Positions 9,475-20,312 are shown, counted from the stretch's first letter. The stretch: DNA of 64,000 bases from an uncultured bacterium (GCA_963722655.1 CAVRNT010000002.1:7461-71460), one strand, 5' to 3'. Notes: a model not told the origin generated them from the letters alone. A program made the numbers and translations.

Positions 9475-10101
9475 ATGGCGCTCGTTATTTTTTCCGTCAT
9501 CGTCCTGGTCTTCTCTGCTGTCATTCACGAAGTGATGCACGGCGTCGTCGCCGACAAGCTCGGCGACCCGACGGCGCGCCTCATGGGGCGGCTGACCTTG
9601 AATCCCCTGAAGCACTTGGACCCTTTCGGCTCCGTCATCCTGCCGCTCCTCCTCGCCCTCCTGCCGGGCGGGGTCGTCTTTGGCTGGGCGAAGCCCGTGC
9701 CCTACAATCCCTATAACTTGAAGGACCCGGAAAAGGGAGCGGCGATGATCGCCGCCGCGGGACCATTGAGCAACCTCTCGATCGCTGTCATCTTCGCCGT
9801 TATCTTCCGCGCCCTCGCCGCGTTGAACTTGGGCGCGATCGGTCCCGTCCTCGGCCAGCTCATCGAAACCATCGTCGTCATTAACGTCGTCCTCGCCGTC
9901 TTCAACCTCGTGCCCATCCCGCCTCTGGACGGCGCGAAGGTCGCGATGGCCTTTATGCCGGATTCCTGGGGGAGCTTCAAAATGTTCTTCCGCGAGAACA
10001 ATCCTTACGGCTGGATCATCCTCATCTTCTTCATCTTCTTCGGCCTTTCCATCATCAGCCCGATCATCTACGGCATCGCCGGTTTTCTCCTCGGAATTTG
10101 A
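9475..10101 (+). CDS. Site-2 protease (peptidase M50)
   Basis: HEVMH, AAGP.SN, FNLVPIPPLDG. Confidence 0.95.
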   Translation: MALVIFSVIVLVFSAVIHEVMHGVVADKLGDPTARLMGRLTLNPLKHLDPFGSVILPLLLALLPGGVVFGWAKPVPYNPYNLKDPEKGAAMIAAAGPLSNLSIAVIFAVIFRALAALNLGAIGPVLGQLIETIVVINVVLAVFNLVPIPPLDGAKVAMAFMPDSWGSFKMFFRENNPYGWIILIFFIFFGLSIISPIIYGIAGFLLGI

Positions 10102-10140
10102 CAAATCCTCAGGGTTTATCTATTTTTAATATCGTCACTA

Positions 10141-10554
10141 ATGCCGACAACCCATCAGCTGATGAAGCGCGGCCGCAGTGCGGTCGGGAGAAAATCCAAA
10201 GCGCCGGCCCTGGATTCTTATTTTAATTACATCCAGAACCGCCCCGTCAGTTCGCCCTCGCCCTTCAAGCGGGGAGTTTGCGTGAAGGTTTTCACGACGA
10301 CCCCGAAGAAGCCGAACTCGGCCTTGCGGAAGGTCGCCCGCGTGCGCCTCACGAACGGCATGGAGGTCACGGCCTACATTCCGGGCGAAGGCCATAATCT
10401 GCAGGAACACTCCGTCGTGATGATCCGCGGCGGCCGCGTGAAGGACCTGCCGGGCGTCCGGTACCACATCGTGCGCGGCGTTTTGGACACGCAAGGCGTC
10501 ACGGCCCGGAAACAGCAGCGCTCGAAGTACGGTACGAAGCACGCGAAGAAATAA
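10141..10554 (+). CDS. rpsL: 30S ribosomal protein uS12
   Basis: [22 protein letters not shown]. Confidence 0.99.
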   Translation: MPTTHQLMKRGRSAVGRKSKAPALDSYFNYIQNRPVSSPSPFKRGVCVKVFTTTPKKPNSALRKVARVRLTNGMEVTAYIPGEGHNLQEHSVVMIRGGRVKDLPGVRYHIVRGVLDTQGVTARKQQRSKYGTKHAKK

Positions 10555-10555
10555 A

Positions 10556-11023
10556 ATGAGGAGAAAGAATTTCAAAAAAACCGAAAAGAAGGCCGATTAT
10601 AAATACGATCGCATCGACACCGGCCGGTTCATCAACTATCTGATGGAGGACGGCAAGAAGGCCACGGCCGAGAAGGTCTTCTACGACGCTTTGGGAAAGA
10701 TTGCGGCCGAGACCAAAGAGGACCCGATCACGATTTTCGAAAAGGCGCTCACGAACGCGACTCCGCTCCTCGAGGTCGCCTCGAAGCGCATCGGCGGCGC
10801 GAACTACCAGATCCCGCGCGAAGTCAGGCCCGAGAGGCAGTTCTTCCTCGCCACCCACTGGATAATTAATGCGGCCCGCTCCAAGAAGGGGAAGCCGATG
10901 GCCGCGAAGCTCGCCGAAGAGCTCATTTTAGCCGCGAAGAACGAGGGCGCGGCGATCAAGAAGAAACAGGACACTCACCGGATGGCGGAAGCGAACCGCG
11001 CATTCGCGTCATACCTGAGATAA
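10556..11023 (+). CDS. rpsG: 30S ribosomal protein uS7
   Basis: [21 protein letters not shown]. Confidence 0.98.
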   Translation: MRRKNFKKTEKKADYKYDRIDTGRFINYLMEDGKKATAEKVFYDALGKIAAETKEDPITIFEKALTNATPLLEVASKRIGGANYQIPREVRPERQFFLATHWIINAARSKKGKPMAAKLAEELILAAKNEGAAIKKKQDTHRMAEANRAFASYLR

Positions 11024-11036
11024 AAAGGAGGAACTT

Positions 11037-13142
11037 ATGCCCCGACAGTACCCCATAGAAAAGGTGCGCGATTTCGGCATCATCGCGCATATCGACGCCG
11101 GCAAGACGACCGTTTCGGAGCGGATCCTTTTCTATACCGGCGTTTCCCATAAGATCGGCGAGGTCCACGAAGGGGACACGGTGATGGATTGGATGGAACA
11201 GGAGCGCGAGCGCGGCATCACGATCACCTCGGCCGCGACGACCTGTTTTTGGGTCCCGACCTACGCAAGCGGCGACAAGGAACACGAGCACCGGTTCAAC
11301 ATCATCGACACCCCCGGCCACATCGACTTTACCGTTGAGGTAAAGCGCTCCATGCGCGTCTTGGACGGCGCGGTCGTCGTCTTCGACGGCGTCGCGGGCG
11401 TGGAACCGCAATCCGAGACCAACTGGCACTACGCGGATGAATACAACGTGCCGCGCATCTGCTTCGTGAACAAATTGGATCGCGTCGGCGCGAGCTTCGA
11501 ATTCAGCTTCAAGTCCATCTTGGAACGCCTGACGCCGCATGCGGTCCCGATGCAGATCCCGATCGGCCTCGAAGACAAGTTCCAAGGCGTCGTGGACCTT
11601 TTGAAGATGAAGGCCTACCGCTTCGAAGGCGAGCACGGCGAAAAGATCGTCGAGGGCGAGGTGCCGGAAGATCTGAAGGCCGACGCGATGAAGCACCGCC
11701 ACGACCTCATTGAGAAGATCGTCGAGAAGGACAACTCCTTGATGGCGGAATATTTGGAAGGTAAAGAGCCGCCGCTCGCCGATTTGAAAAGGGTCTTGCG
11801 CAAGGCGACCATCGCGAATGAACTCGTGCCCGTCTTTTGCGGTTCGGCCTTGAAGAACAAGGGCGTCCAGCTCATACTCGACGCCGTCGTGGATTACTTA
11901 CCTTCGCCGGCGGATTTGCCGCCCACCAAGGGCGTGAACCCCTCGACCCATGCCGATGAGGAACGCCATCCGAAGGACGACGAACCCCTGGCGGCCCTCG
12001 CCTTTAAGGTGGCCGCCGATCCCTTCGTCGGTTCCCTCACTTATTTCCGCGTTTACTCCGGTACGATGAAGCGCGGCAGCTACGTTTTGAACTCGACCAA
12101 GAACAACCAGGAGCGCATCGGCCGCATCGTCCGGATGCACGCCAATCACCGCGAGGAGGTGGAGGAGATCTACGCGGGAGATCTGGGCGCCATCGTCGGA
12201 TTAAAGAACACCACGACCGGCGACACGCTCACGGACCCCGAGCATCCGATCATCCTAGAGACCATCACCTTCCCCGAACCGGTCATTTCCGTTCGCATTG
12301 AGCCGAAGACCAAGGCCGACCAGGAAAAAATGGGCATCGCCTTGCACCGCTTGGCGGAAGAAGACCCGACCTTTCGGGTCTCGGGCGATCTTGAAACGGG
12401 GGAGACCATCATCGCCGGAATGGGCGAACTGCATTTGGAGATCATCGTGGACCGCATGAAGCGGGAGTTCAGCGTCGAAGCCAACGTCGGCCGGCCACAG
12501 GTGGCCTACAAGGAGACCATCAAAGGCAAGGCCGAGGCGGAAGGGAAGTACATCCGCCAGTCCGGCGGCCGCGGTCAGTACGGTCACGTTTGGCTCAAGG
12601 TGGAGCCGATGGAACGCGGCACCGGCTTCGAGTTCGTGGATGCCATCAAGGGCGGTTCCATCCCGCAGGAGTTCATCCCGGCCGTCGAGAAAGGGGTGCG
12701 CGAGGCCTTGGATCGCGGCATCTTGGCCGGCTATCCTCTGATCGATCTCAAGGTCACGCTCTTCGACGGCTCCTTCCACGAAGTGGACTCTTCGGAGTTC
12801 GCCTTCAAGATCGCGGGCTCGATGGCCCTCCAGGAAGCGTGCACCAGGGCGAAGCTCATTCTCCTCGAACCGATCATGAAAGTGCAGACCATCGCGCCGC
12901 CGGACTTTTTGGGCGACGTGACGGGCGATCTCTCCGCCAAGCGCGGCCGCATCAAGGCGATGGGCGAGCGCGGCACGGTGCGCGTCATCGACGCGGACGT
13001 GCCCTTGGCCGAGATGTTCGGCTACTCCACCGCCCTCCGTTCGATGACCCAAGGCCGCGGCTCCTTCACGATGGAGTTCAGCCACTACGAGGAGGTGCCC
13101 CAGAGCGTCGCGGCGGCCATCATCGAAGGAAAGAAAAAGTAG
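11037..13142 (+). CDS. fusA: Elongation factor G
   Basis: [33 protein letters not shown]. Confidence 0.99.
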   Translation: MPRQYPIEKVRDFGIIAHIDAGKTTVSERILFYTGVSHKIGEVHEGDTVMDWMEQERERGITITSAATTCFWVPTYASGDKEHEHRFNIIDTPGHIDFTVEVKRSMRVLDGAVVVFDGVAGVEPQSETNWHYADEYNVPRICFVNKLDRVGASFEFSFKSILERLTPHAVPMQIPIGLEDKFQGVVDLLKMKAYRFEGEHGEKIVEGEVPEDLKADAMKHRHDLIEKIVEKDNSLMAEYLEGKEPPLADLKRVLRKATIANELVPVFCGSALKNKGVQLILDAVVDYLPSPADLPPTKGVNPSTHADEERHPKDDEPLAALAFKVAADPFVGSLTYFRVYSGTMKRGSYVLNSTKNNQERIGRIVRMHANHREEVEEIYAGDLGAIVGLKNTTTGDTLTDPEHPIILETITFPEPVISVRIEPKTKADQEKMGIALHRLAEEDPTFRVSGDLETGETIIAGMGELHLEIIVDRMKREFSVEANVGRPQVAYKETIKGKAEAEGKYIRQSGGRGQYGHVWLKVEPMERGTGFEFVDAIKGGSIPQEFIPAVEKGVREALDRGILAGYPLIDLKVTLFDGSFHEVDSSEFAFKIAGSMALQEACTRAKLILLEPIMKVQTIAPPDFLGDVTGDLSAKRGRIKAMGERGTVRVIDADVPLAEMFGYSTALRSMTQGRGSFTMEFSHYEEVPQSVAAAIIEGKKK

Positions 13143-13248
13143 ACGCCGCTTGACATTTCGAGAGGAATCCGAGAAGATTGAGGATACCGAGTGTTATACT
13201 AAAGAGGTTAAAAAAATAAGGTCGAAACAAAGTATCAAAAAAACAACA

Positions 13249-14448
13249 ATGGCAGAAAAAGAAAAATACGTCAGGACCAAGCCCCACGTGAACGTCGGCA
13301 CGATCGGCCACGTGGACCACGGGAAGACGACCCTCACGGCCGCCATCACCCACATCCTGCACATGAAAGGTCTCGCGAAGAAGGAAGAGGGAGTCGACCA
13401 GATCGACAACGCCCCCGAGGAGAAGGCGCGCGGCATCACAATCGCTTTGCACCACTCGGAGTACGAGTCGGAGAAGCGCCACTACGCGCACATCGACGCT
13501 CCCGGCCACGCGGACTACATCAAGAACATGATTACGGGCGCCGCCCAGATGGACGGTGCGATCCTCGTCGTCGCGGCCACGGATGGCCCGATGCCGCAGA
13601 CCCGTGAGCACATCCTCCTGGCCTACCAGGTCGGCGTGCCGAAGATCGTCGTGTTCCTCAACAAGTGCGATATGGTGGACGATCCGGAGCTCATCGATCT
13701 CGTCGAGTCCGAGGTGCGCGAGCTATTGAAGAAATACCATTACGACGGTGATAATACTCCGATCATCCGCGGTTCGGCTTTGAAGGCCTTGGAGGCCAAG
13801 TCGCCCGATGACCCGGCCGCCAAGCCGATTCTGGACCTCGTGAAGGCCCTGGACGACTACATTCCGGACCCGATTCGCGAGACGGATAAGCCATTCCTAA
13901 TGCCGATCGAGGACATCTTCTCGATCGAAGGCCGCGGCACCGTCGTGACGGGCCGCGTGGAACGCGGCATCGTCCACGTGAACGACGAGGTTGAGGTCGT
14001 CGGTTTGAAGCCGACCGCCAAGACCGTAGTCACGGGCATCGAGATGTTCCAGAAGACGTTGGATGAAGGCCAGGCGGGCGATAACGTGGGCGTGCTCTTG
14101 CGCGGACTCAAGAAGGAGGAAGTGGAACGCGGCCAGGTCATCGCGAAGCCGGGCAGCGTCACCCCGCACACGGAGTTCTCGGCCGAGGTTTACGTCCTCT
14201 CCAAAGAGGAAGGCGGCCGCCACACCCCGTTCTTCAACGGCTACAAGCCCCAGTTCTATATCCGCACGACGGACGTGACGGGCGAAGTGACCTTGGCCCA
14301 GGGGACCGAGATGGTCATGCCGGGAGACACGACGAGTGTCACCGTTAAGCTCATCGCTCCGGTCGCTCTTGAAGAGAAGCAGCGCTTCGCCATCCGCGAA
14401 GGCGGCAAGACGGTGGGTGCCGGCGCGGTCACGAAGATCTTGAAGTAA
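13249..14448 (+). CDS. tuf: Elongation factor Tu
   Basis: [21 protein letters not shown]; ATG at 13249. Confidence 0.99.
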   Translation: MAEKEKYVRTKPHVNVGTIGHVDHGKTTLTAAITHILHMKGLAKKEEGVDQIDNAPEEKARGITIALHHSEYESEKRHYAHIDAPGHADYIKNMITGAAQMDGAILVVAATDGPMPQTREHILLAYQVGVPKIVVFLNKCDMVDDPELIDLVESEVRELLKKYHYDGDNTPIIRGSALKALEAKSPDDPAAKPILDLVKALDDYIPDPIRETDKPFLMPIEDIFSIEGRGTVVTGRVERGIVHVNDEVEVVGLKPTAKTVVTGIEMFQKTLDEGQAGDNVGVLLRGLKKEEVERGQVIAKPGSVTPHTEFSAEVYVLSKEEGGRHTPFFNGYKPQFYIRTTDVTGEVTLAQGTEMVMPGDTTSVTVKLIAPVALEEKQRFAIREGGKTVGAGAVTKILK

Positions 14449-14475
14449 AAACAAAGTTCAGCTCTTTATCACTCC

Positions 14476-14808
14476 ATGGCAAAAAAAGAAGAACAGGTCC
14501 AAAACGGCCTCCTCCGGATAAAAGTGAAGGCCTATGATTCCAAGCTCATCGACAATTCGGTGAAGCAGATCATCGAGGCCATCCGCCGGCAGGGCGGAGA
14601 GGTCGTGGGACCGACGCCCTTACCGACTGAGTTCAAGAAGTACACCGTGAACCGCTCGACCTTCGTGCATAAGAAATCGCGCGAACAGTTCGAGCTCCGG
14701 GTGCATAAGCGCCTAGTGGACATCCTGAACCCCCAGCAGAAGGTGATCGAATCATTGACCGATCTCAACCTGCCCTCGGGCGTCGACGTGGAGATAAAGA
14801 TGAGCTAA
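14476..14808 (+). CDS. rpsJ: 30S ribosomal protein uS10
   Basis: GPTPLPT, KKSREQFE, LPSGVDVEIK. Confidence 0.98.
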   Translation: MAKKEEQVQNGLLRIKVKAYDSKLIDNSVKQIIEAIRRQGGEVVGPTPLPTEFKKYTVNRSTFVHKKSREQFELRVHKRLVDILNPQQKVIESLTDLNLPSGVDVEIKMS

Positions 14809-14818
14809 AAGCTAAGAG

Positions 14819-14850
14819 AAAGACCCGCCTCAAAGGCGGGTCTTTCGTTT
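14819..14850 (+). terminator. Intrinsic terminator after rpsJ
   Basis: AAAGACCCGCC-TCAAA-GGCGGGTCTTT. Confidence 0.8.
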
Positions 14851-14872
14851 GGGTATTTGGGAAGGGTGGGGA

Positions 14873-14972
14873 TTGACGGATTTGCGGGGAATAGATTAGA
14901 ATACCTTTCACAGAGACAAGTAGCCAGAAGGGATAACCGGGCTAGGTCTCGGTTCTTTTTTTGACCGGAATC
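14873..14972 (+). promoter_or_regulatory. Promoter and structured leader of the rplC operon
   Basis: TTGACG-18-TAGAAT; GAGAC/GTCTC and TAGCC/GGCTA stems followed by a T-tract. Confidence 0.55.
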
Positions 14973-15398
14973 ATGCTGAAATTAAGCGGCAAAAAACTGA
15001 AGATGACGCAGGTCTGGCAAGGCGACGTCGCCATGCCGATCACGACCGTCAAGATGGATGAAAAAGCCGACTTGGGCGACCTCAAGACCGGCGATTTGGT
15101 GACCGTGAGCGGCACGAGCAAGGGGCGCGGTTTCGCGGGCGTCGTGAAGCGTTACGGCTTCCACGGCGGACCGAAGACCCACGGTCAGAAAAACCGCCTG
15201 CGGGCTCCGGGTTCCATTGGTCCCACGGCGCCCCAGCGCACCATTCCCGGTCGCCGGATGGCCGGCCATATGGGCGTCGAGAAGATCACCGTGAGGAACC
15301 TTTCCGTCGTTTCCGTCGAAGCCGAAAAGAAGACGGTTGCCCTTAAAGGTGCCGTGCCGGGGGCGGTCGGCGGCAAGGTGGAGATCAGGAAGAAATAA
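14973..15398 (+). CDS. rplC: 50S ribosomal protein uL3, short form (141 aa)
   Basis: GKK..MTQ, SGTSKGRGFAGVVKR, RAPGSIG, MAGHMG, KGAVPG. Confidence 0.95.
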   Translation: MLKLSGKKLKMTQVWQGDVAMPITTVKMDEKADLGDLKTGDLVTVSGTSKGRGFAGVVKRYGFHGGPKTHGQKNRLRAPGSIGPTAPQRTIPGRRMAGHMGVEKITVRNLSVVSVEAEKKTVALKGAVPGAVGGKVEIRKK

Positions 15399-15402
15399 AA
15401 TT

Positions 15403-16026
15403 ATGAAGGTGGAAATTTTCGACAAAACCAACAAGCAGACCGGCGAGATAGAAGTGCCGGAGAAGTTCTTCGGTCTCAAGTGGAACGCCGATCTGGTCCA
15501 CCAGGTGATCACGGCCTTTTTAGCAAATCTTCGGAAGCCCTGGGCCCACACGAAGGATCGGAGCGAGGTCAGAGGCGGTGGCAAGAAGCCCTGGCAACAG
15601 AAGCACACCGGCCGGGCGCGGCATGGCTCCTCCCGGTCGCCGCTCTGGATCGGCGGTGGCGTGACCTTTGGTCCCCGGAACGAGAAATCCTACAAAAAGA
15701 AGATCAACAAGAAGATGCAGCGCATCGCGCTTTGGACCGTTCTGTCCAAAAAGCTCAAGGACGAAGTGAAGATCATTAATGACCTTTCCGTGGCCGAGCC
15801 GAAGACTAAGAACGTCGCCGTCATCCTCAAGAATTTTTTCAAAAAACCGACGAGCTTGCTCATCGTGGGCGCCAAGGCCAACAAAGACTTGCTCCGGGCG
15901 GCCCGCAATCTACCGAAGGTGGAGGTGCGGACGGCGAGCGACCTCAATGTTTACGACTGTGCGAGCCACAAGTACGTCTTTTTCGAAAAGAAGGCAGTCG
16001 AGGAGTTGATGGAGAAATATAAATAA
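15403..16026 (+). CDS. rplD: 50S ribosomal protein uL4
   Basis: TKDRSEVRGGGKKPW.QK.TGRARHGS. Confidence 0.98.
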   Translation: MKVEIFDKTNKQTGEIEVPEKFFGLKWNADLVHQVITAFLANLRKPWAHTKDRSEVRGGGKKPWQQKHTGRARHGSSRSPLWIGGGVTFGPRNEKSYKKKINKKMQRIALWTVLSKKLKDEVKIINDLSVAEPKTKNVAVILKNFFKKPTSLLIVGAKANKDLLRAARNLPKVEVRTASDLNVYDCASHKYVFFEKKAVEELMEKYK

Positions 16027-16031
16027 CCTTT

Positions 16032-16409
16032 ATGGCCCTCTTCAAATCGAAGAAAACCAAAGAGACCAAACCGGCCGCGGCACCGGTCGAGGTCAAGGAA
16101 ACGAAGGCCGCTCCGGTCGCCGTCTCGGGCCACCGGCCGAACTACGCCGTTTTAAAGAAACCCTGGATATCGGAGAAGGCCTTAGTGGCCGGCGCGCACG
16201 AACAGTACGCCTTTGCCGTCGACGTCACCGCGACGAAACCCATGGTCCGCGATGAGGTGGAACGCCGCTACGGCGTGCACGTTTTGGGGGTGAACGTCAT
16301 CCGCTTCACGGGGAAGCAAAAGCACTATCGCGGCAAATTGAGCCACAAAATGGTCCAAAAAAAGGCCATCGTCACCTTGAAGAAAGGCGAGAAGATAGAC
16401 ATCCAATGA
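16032..16409 (+). CDS. rplW: 50S ribosomal protein uL23 with K/A/P-rich N-terminal extension
   Basis: P.ISEKA, KKAIVTLKKGEKI; synteny. Confidence 0.95.
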   Translation: MALFKSKKTKETKPAAAPVEVKETKAAPVAVSGHRPNYAVLKKPWISEKALVAGAHEQYAFAVDVTATKPMVRDEVERRYGVHVLGVNVIRFTGKQKHYRGKLSHKMVQKKAIVTLKKGEKIDIQ

Positions 16410-16410
16410 T

Positions 16411-17241
16411 ATGAAATCCTTCAACCCCACCACCCCCTCTCGCCGGTTCATGACGGTCGCGGATTACAGTTCACTCTCGGCCGTGAAGCCCTTGAAGTCC
16501 CTGACGAAGCGTCTCAAGAAGAACGCCGGCCGCAATAACGCCGGCCGCATCACGATGCGCCACCAAGGGGCCGGCAACAAGATCATCTACCGCAAGATCG
16601 ATTTCAAACAGGACAAGGTCGGCGTGCCGGCGCGGGTCGAGGCGATCGAGTACGATCCGTACCGCACCGCCTTCATCGCCCGCCTCCTTTATGCGGACGG
16701 CGAGCGCCGTTACATCTTGGCGCCTCACGGCCTCGCGGTCGGAGCGAAGATCGTTTCCGGACCGGACGCGCCCCTCGAGACGGGCAACCGCACGAGCTTG
16801 AAGCGCATCCCGGTGGGCGCTTTCGTCCACAACATCGAGTTCTTTCCGGGCCGCGGCGGAGCCCTCGGCCGGAGCGCGGGACTGGCCATCCAAGTCCTCG
16901 CCCAGGAGGACGGCTTCACGCACCTCAAGATGCCTTCGGGCGAGATCCGCAAGGTGAGCTGGGACTGCTTTGCCACCCTCGGTTCCGTTTCGAATCCGGA
17001 GTATAATCTCGTCACGATCGGCAAGGCCGGTCGCACCCGCTGGCTGAACGTTCGACCGACGGTGCGCGGCAGTGCGATGAACCCGCGCGACCATCCTTAC
17101 GGCGGCGGCGAAGGGCGCCAGCCGCGCGGCACGAAGCGGCCGAAGACGAAGTGGGGGAAGATCACGGGCGGTCACAAGACCCGCCGCAAGAAGAAATGGT
17201 CCAACCAGCTGATCGTGAAACGCAGACCAAAAATCAGATAA
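16411..17241 (+). CDS. rplB: 50S ribosomal protein uL2
   Basis: [23 protein letters not shown]. Confidence 0.99.
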   Translation: MKSFNPTTPSRRFMTVADYSSLSAVKPLKSLTKRLKKNAGRNNAGRITMRHQGAGNKIIYRKIDFKQDKVGVPARVEAIEYDPYRTAFIARLLYADGERRYILAPHGLAVGAKIVSGPDAPLETGNRTSLKRIPVGAFVHNIEFFPGRGGALGRSAGLAIQVLAQEDGFTHLKMPSGEIRKVSWDCFATLGSVSNPEYNLVTIGKAGRTRWLNVRPTVRGSAMNPRDHPYGGGEGRQPRGTKRPKTKWGKITGGHKTRRKKKWSNQLIVKRRPKIR

Positions 17242-17245
17242 ACAC

Positions 17246-17578
17246 ATGAGTCGCAGTTCAAAAAAAGGACCTTGGGTTGATCCCAAGCTCATCAAGAAGA
17301 TCGCCGGCAAGAAACCGGCGGATGCGGCCGTCATCAAGACCTGGTCGCGCGCGAGCGAGATCTCGCCGGAGATGGTGGGCTTTGCCTTCGCCGTCCATAA
17401 CGGTAAGGATTTCATTGAGGTCCGCATCTCGGAGGATATGGTCGGCCATCGGCTCGGCGAGTTCTCGCCGACCCGGAAGTTCGTGAAGCACGGCGGCAAG
17501 ATGCAGCGCGATCTCGAACAGGGAGCGGCGGCCGCTCCAGCCGCGCCGGCCGGAAACGGCGGAGCCGCAAAAAAATAG
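17246..17578 (+). CDS. rpsS: 30S ribosomal protein uS19
   Basis: [20 protein letters not shown]. Confidence 0.99.
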   Translation: MSRSSKKGPWVDPKLIKKIAGKKPADAAVIKTWSRASEISPEMVGFAFAVHNGKDFIEVRISEDMVGHRLGEFSPTRKFVKHGGKMQRDLEQGAAAAPAAPAGNGGAAKK

Positions 17579-17581
17579 ACC

Positions 17582-18118
17582 ATGGACACTTTGACCGTCA
17601 AACTGAACTATCTGCGCATCCCGCCCCGCAAGGTGCGGCTTTTGGCCAATTCCTTGAAGGGCCTTTTGGCCACGGAGGCCGAGGCACGTTTGATGTTGAA
17701 TCCTCGCCGAAGCAAGGAAGCGCTCCTCAAACTCTTGCGTTCGGCCATTGCCAATGCTAAAAATAACCATCAGCTCTCGCCGGAGAAACTTTTCATAAAG
17801 TCCGTTCTGGTGAACATTGGTCCGCGTTACAAGCACTGGACGCCCCGCGCCAAGGGCTCGGCGGCCGTCATTCAGCGCCTCACGAGCCACGTGACCTTGG
17901 TCTTGGGCATCCGGAGCGAGGTACCGAGCCGGTTCACCATCGTCCGAACCAAGCCGAAGAAGACCGAGGAGAAACCGAAGAAGGAACCCAAACAGAAAGT
18001 TGTGCCGTCCGCCAAAGGCGGGTCCGTCTCCGGCGGAAAGAAGACCGAGGCCGCCGAGGCGAAGCCTAAGGCGGAACCCGGCGTCTTCCGGCGCGTCTTT
18101 AGAAGGAAAGCGATTTAA
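17582..18118 (+). CDS. rplV: 50S ribosomal protein uL22 with C-terminal extension
   Basis: LRIPPRKVR, SAIANAKNN, PRAKG, TSHVT. Confidence 0.97.
   Translation: MDTLTVKLNYLRIPPRKVRLLANSLKGLLATEAEARLMLNPRRSKEALLKLLRSAIANAKNNHQLSPEKLFIKSVLVNIGPRYKHWTPRAKGSAAVIQRLTSHVTLVLGIRSEVPSRFTIVRTKPKKTEEKPKKEPKQKVVPSAKGGSVSGGKKTEAAEAKPKAEPGVFRRVFRRKAI
18008..18037. repeat. 30-bp double-hairpin palindrome in frame within rplV
   Basis: TCCGCC-AAA-GGCGGG TCCGTC-TCC-GGCGGA, encoding SAKGGSVSGG. Confidence 0.55.
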
Positions 18119-18122
18119 AATT

Positions 18123-18788
18123 ATGGCCAGAAAAGTACAACCGAATTCATATCGTCTGGGACTCAACGTCCCGTGGTCCAGCCGTTGGTTCTTCAAAAGG
18201 TCCCTGCGGTACTTTTTGGCGGAAGACCAGGCGATCCGCGGGATCGTCCGGAAGAAGATCCTCCAGGCGGGCATCGCCGGCATCGACATCGAGCGGATGG
18301 GCGAAAACGTCCGGGTGAACGTCCGCGCCTCGCGCCCGGGCCTCATCATCGGCCGCGGCGGGCAGGGAATCGATGACCTGCGGAGCGCCATCACGAAGGT
18401 CGTGAAAGCCCTGCGGCGCAAGAACAAATGGCCGGAGAAGTTCGTTTTAAACCTGAACGTTGAGGAGCTGAAGCGCTTCGAGGTTTCGGCGCCGGTCCTC
18501 GCCCAGCAGTACGCCTTCGATCTCGAGAAGCGCTTGCCTTACCGGCGGGCGATGAAGCGGCTCATTGAATCCACAATGCAGAACCGCGACGTGAAGGGTG
18601 CGAAGATCCGGGTCGGTGGCCGGCTGGACGGCGCCGAGATCGCGCGCGTGGACGGCCTCACGGTCGGCAAGATGCCGCTCCAAACGCTCCGGGCCAACAT
18701 CGATTACGGCGAGGCAACCGCCTTCACTTCCTACGGCACGATCGGTATCAAGCTTTGGATATACAAAGGGGACATCTTTGAAAAGTAG
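18123..18788 (+). CDS. rpsC: 30S ribosomal protein uS3
   Basis: RPGLIIGRGG, GRLDGAEIAR, PLQTLRANIDY. Confidence 0.98.
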   Translation: MARKVQPNSYRLGLNVPWSSRWFFKRSLRYFLAEDQAIRGIVRKKILQAGIAGIDIERMGENVRVNVRASRPGLIIGRGGQGIDDLRSAITKVVKALRRKNKWPEKFVLNLNVEELKRFEVSAPVLAQQYAFDLEKRLPYRRAMKRLIESTMQNRDVKGAKIRVGGRLDGAEIARVDGLTVGKMPLQTLRANIDYGEATAFTSYGTIGIKLWIYKGDIFEK

Positions 18789-18793
18789 CCATC

Positions 18794-19210
18794 ATGCTCA
18801 CCCAACCCAGGAAAACCAAGCATCGGAAGCAGCAGAAGGGCCGGTCCAAGAAGCGGATGAAGGAGACCCGCGGCCTTTATTTGAGCTACGGCCGTTACGG
18901 TCTTCAGGCGACCTCGGCCGCTTGGGTGACCGCGAACCAGCTCGAGGCCGGCCGCAAGGCCATCACCCACGCCCTCAAAAGGGGCGGCAATATGTGGATC
19001 CGGGTCTTCCCCGACAAGCCGATCACGAAGCTCCCGCCCGAGGTGACCTTGGGCGGAGGCAAAGGCAACGTGGAATATTACGTGGTGCCGGTCAAACCCG
19101 GTCGGATAATCTTCGAGATGGACGGCGTGCCGCGCGAGGCGGCCATGACGGCCTTGAAGAACGCCGGTCACAAGATGCCGGTCCGGACCAGGGTCATAGA
19201 AAAAAGATGA
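18794..19210 (+). CDS. rplP: 50S ribosomal protein uL16
   Basis: WIRVFPDKPIT, GGGKG, VKPGRIIFE. Confidence 0.98.
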   Translation: MLTQPRKTKHRKQQKGRSKKRMKETRGLYLSYGRYGLQATSAAWVTANQLEAGRKAITHALKRGGNMWIRVFPDKPITKLPPEVTLGGGKGNVEYYVVPVKPGRIIFEMDGVPREAAMTALKNAGHKMPVRTRVIEKR

Positions 19211-19407
19211 AAATAAAAGAATTCAAAAACTTCAAAACGAAGCCCGTCCCGGAGCTCCAAAAAGAGCTCAAAGCCCGCGAGGAAAAGCTCTCGCAGTTGC
19301 GCTTTGACCTCTCGGCCGGTAAGGTGAAGAACATTCGCGAGATCCGGCACATCAAGAAGGACATCGCCCAGATACTCACTTTGATTAAAATATCCAACCA
19401 TGCGTAA
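19207..19407 (+). CDS. rpmC: 50S ribosomal protein uL29
   Basis: LRFDL..G, IKKDIAQILT; ATG at 19207. Confidence 0.95.
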   Translation: MKIKEFKNFKTKPVPELQKELKAREEKLSQLRFDLSAGKVKNIREIRHIKKDIAQILTLIKISNHA

Positions 19408-19627
19408 GCTCACCGGCATAATCGTTTCGGACAAGATGCAGAAGACCCGCGTCGTCTCCGTCGATCGGCAGAAGAAGCACGCGCGCTACGGCAAGTACTA
19501 CACCGTGACGACGCGCCTCAAAGCCCACGACGAGAAGAACGAGTACAAGACGGGGGACAAGGTCATCATCCAAGAGTCCCGACCGCTCTCCAAAGAAAAA
19601 AGGTGGACGATCGTCTCCAAGGCCTAA
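19400..19627 (+). CDS. rpsQ: 30S ribosomal protein uS17
   Basis: VSDKMQKT, AHDE, ESRPLSK.KRW. Confidence 0.98.
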   Translation: MRKLTGIIVSDKMQKTRVVSVDRQKKHARYGKYYTVTTRLKAHDEKNEYKTGDKVIIQESRPLSKEKRWTIVSKA

Positions 19628-19630
19628 GCC

Positions 19631-20002
19631 ATGATCCAAGAACGCTCCATACTCAAAGTGGCTGATAACTCGGGCGCGAAGACCGTGCGGTGTTTCCGCG
19701 TCCTCGGGGGCAGCGGCCGCCGGTACGCCCAAGTGGGCGACATCATCATCGCCTCCGTCCAAGCGGCGGAACCGCGGAAACAGATCAAGAAGAAGGACAT
19801 AGTCCAGTGCGTCATCGTCCGCCAAAGCAAGCCCATTCGCCGGGCCGACGGCTCTCAGGTGAAGTTCGACGAGAACGCCGTGGTCATCATCGACAAAGCG
19901 AAGAAGGAACCCAGGGCGACCCGCGTCTTCGGGCCGGTCCCGCGGGAGATCAAGGAAAGGGGCTACGACGCCATCGCTTCGATGGCCGAAGAGCTGGTCT
20001 AA
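19631..20002 (+). CDS. rplN: 50S ribosomal protein uL14
   Basis: VADNSGAK, FDENA.V, TRVFGPV. Confidence 0.99.
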   Translation: MIQERSILKVADNSGAKTVRCFRVLGGSGRRYAQVGDIIIASVQAAEPRKQIKKKDIVQCVIVRQSKPIRRADGSQVKFDENAVVIIDKAKKEPRATRVFGPVPREIKERGYDAIASMAEELV

Positions 20003-20006
20003 AAAT

Positions 20007-20312
20007 ATGCGCATCAAGAAAGGGGACAACGTGAAGATCATCAAAGGCAAGGACCGCGGCAAAACGGGGAAGGTCATCCGCATTGACCGGGTCTCTGGCC
20101 GAGTGACCGTTGAGGGTCTGAATGTCTTCAAAAAGCACGCCCGCCCGCGCAAGCAGGGCGAGAAGGGCGAGATCGTTTCGGTGGCGCGCCCGCTTAGAGC
20201 GGAAAACGTCGCCTTGGTTTGCCCATCGTGCCACGAGGCCACTCGGATCGGGATGAAGCTGGAGGGTCAAACTAAAAAGCGCTTTTGCCGGAAATGCGGC
20301 GCCAACATATGA
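20007..20312 (+). CDS. rplX: 50S ribosomal protein uL24
   Basis: KOW motif IKKGDNVKIIKGKDRGKTG. Confidence 0.97.
   Translation: MRIKKGDNVKIIKGKDRGKTGKVIRIDRVSGRVTVEGLNVFKKHARPRKQGEKGEIVSVARPLRAENVALVCPSCHEATRIGMKLEGQTKKRFCRKCGANI

Noticed and set aside
13150-13248. N-terminal extensions given by the ORF track for tuf, rplD, rpsC, rpmC, rplF and the 46040 ORF
   Set aside because: Downstream ATGs match the conserved N-termini or signal peptides; the extensions cover promoters or neighbouring genes
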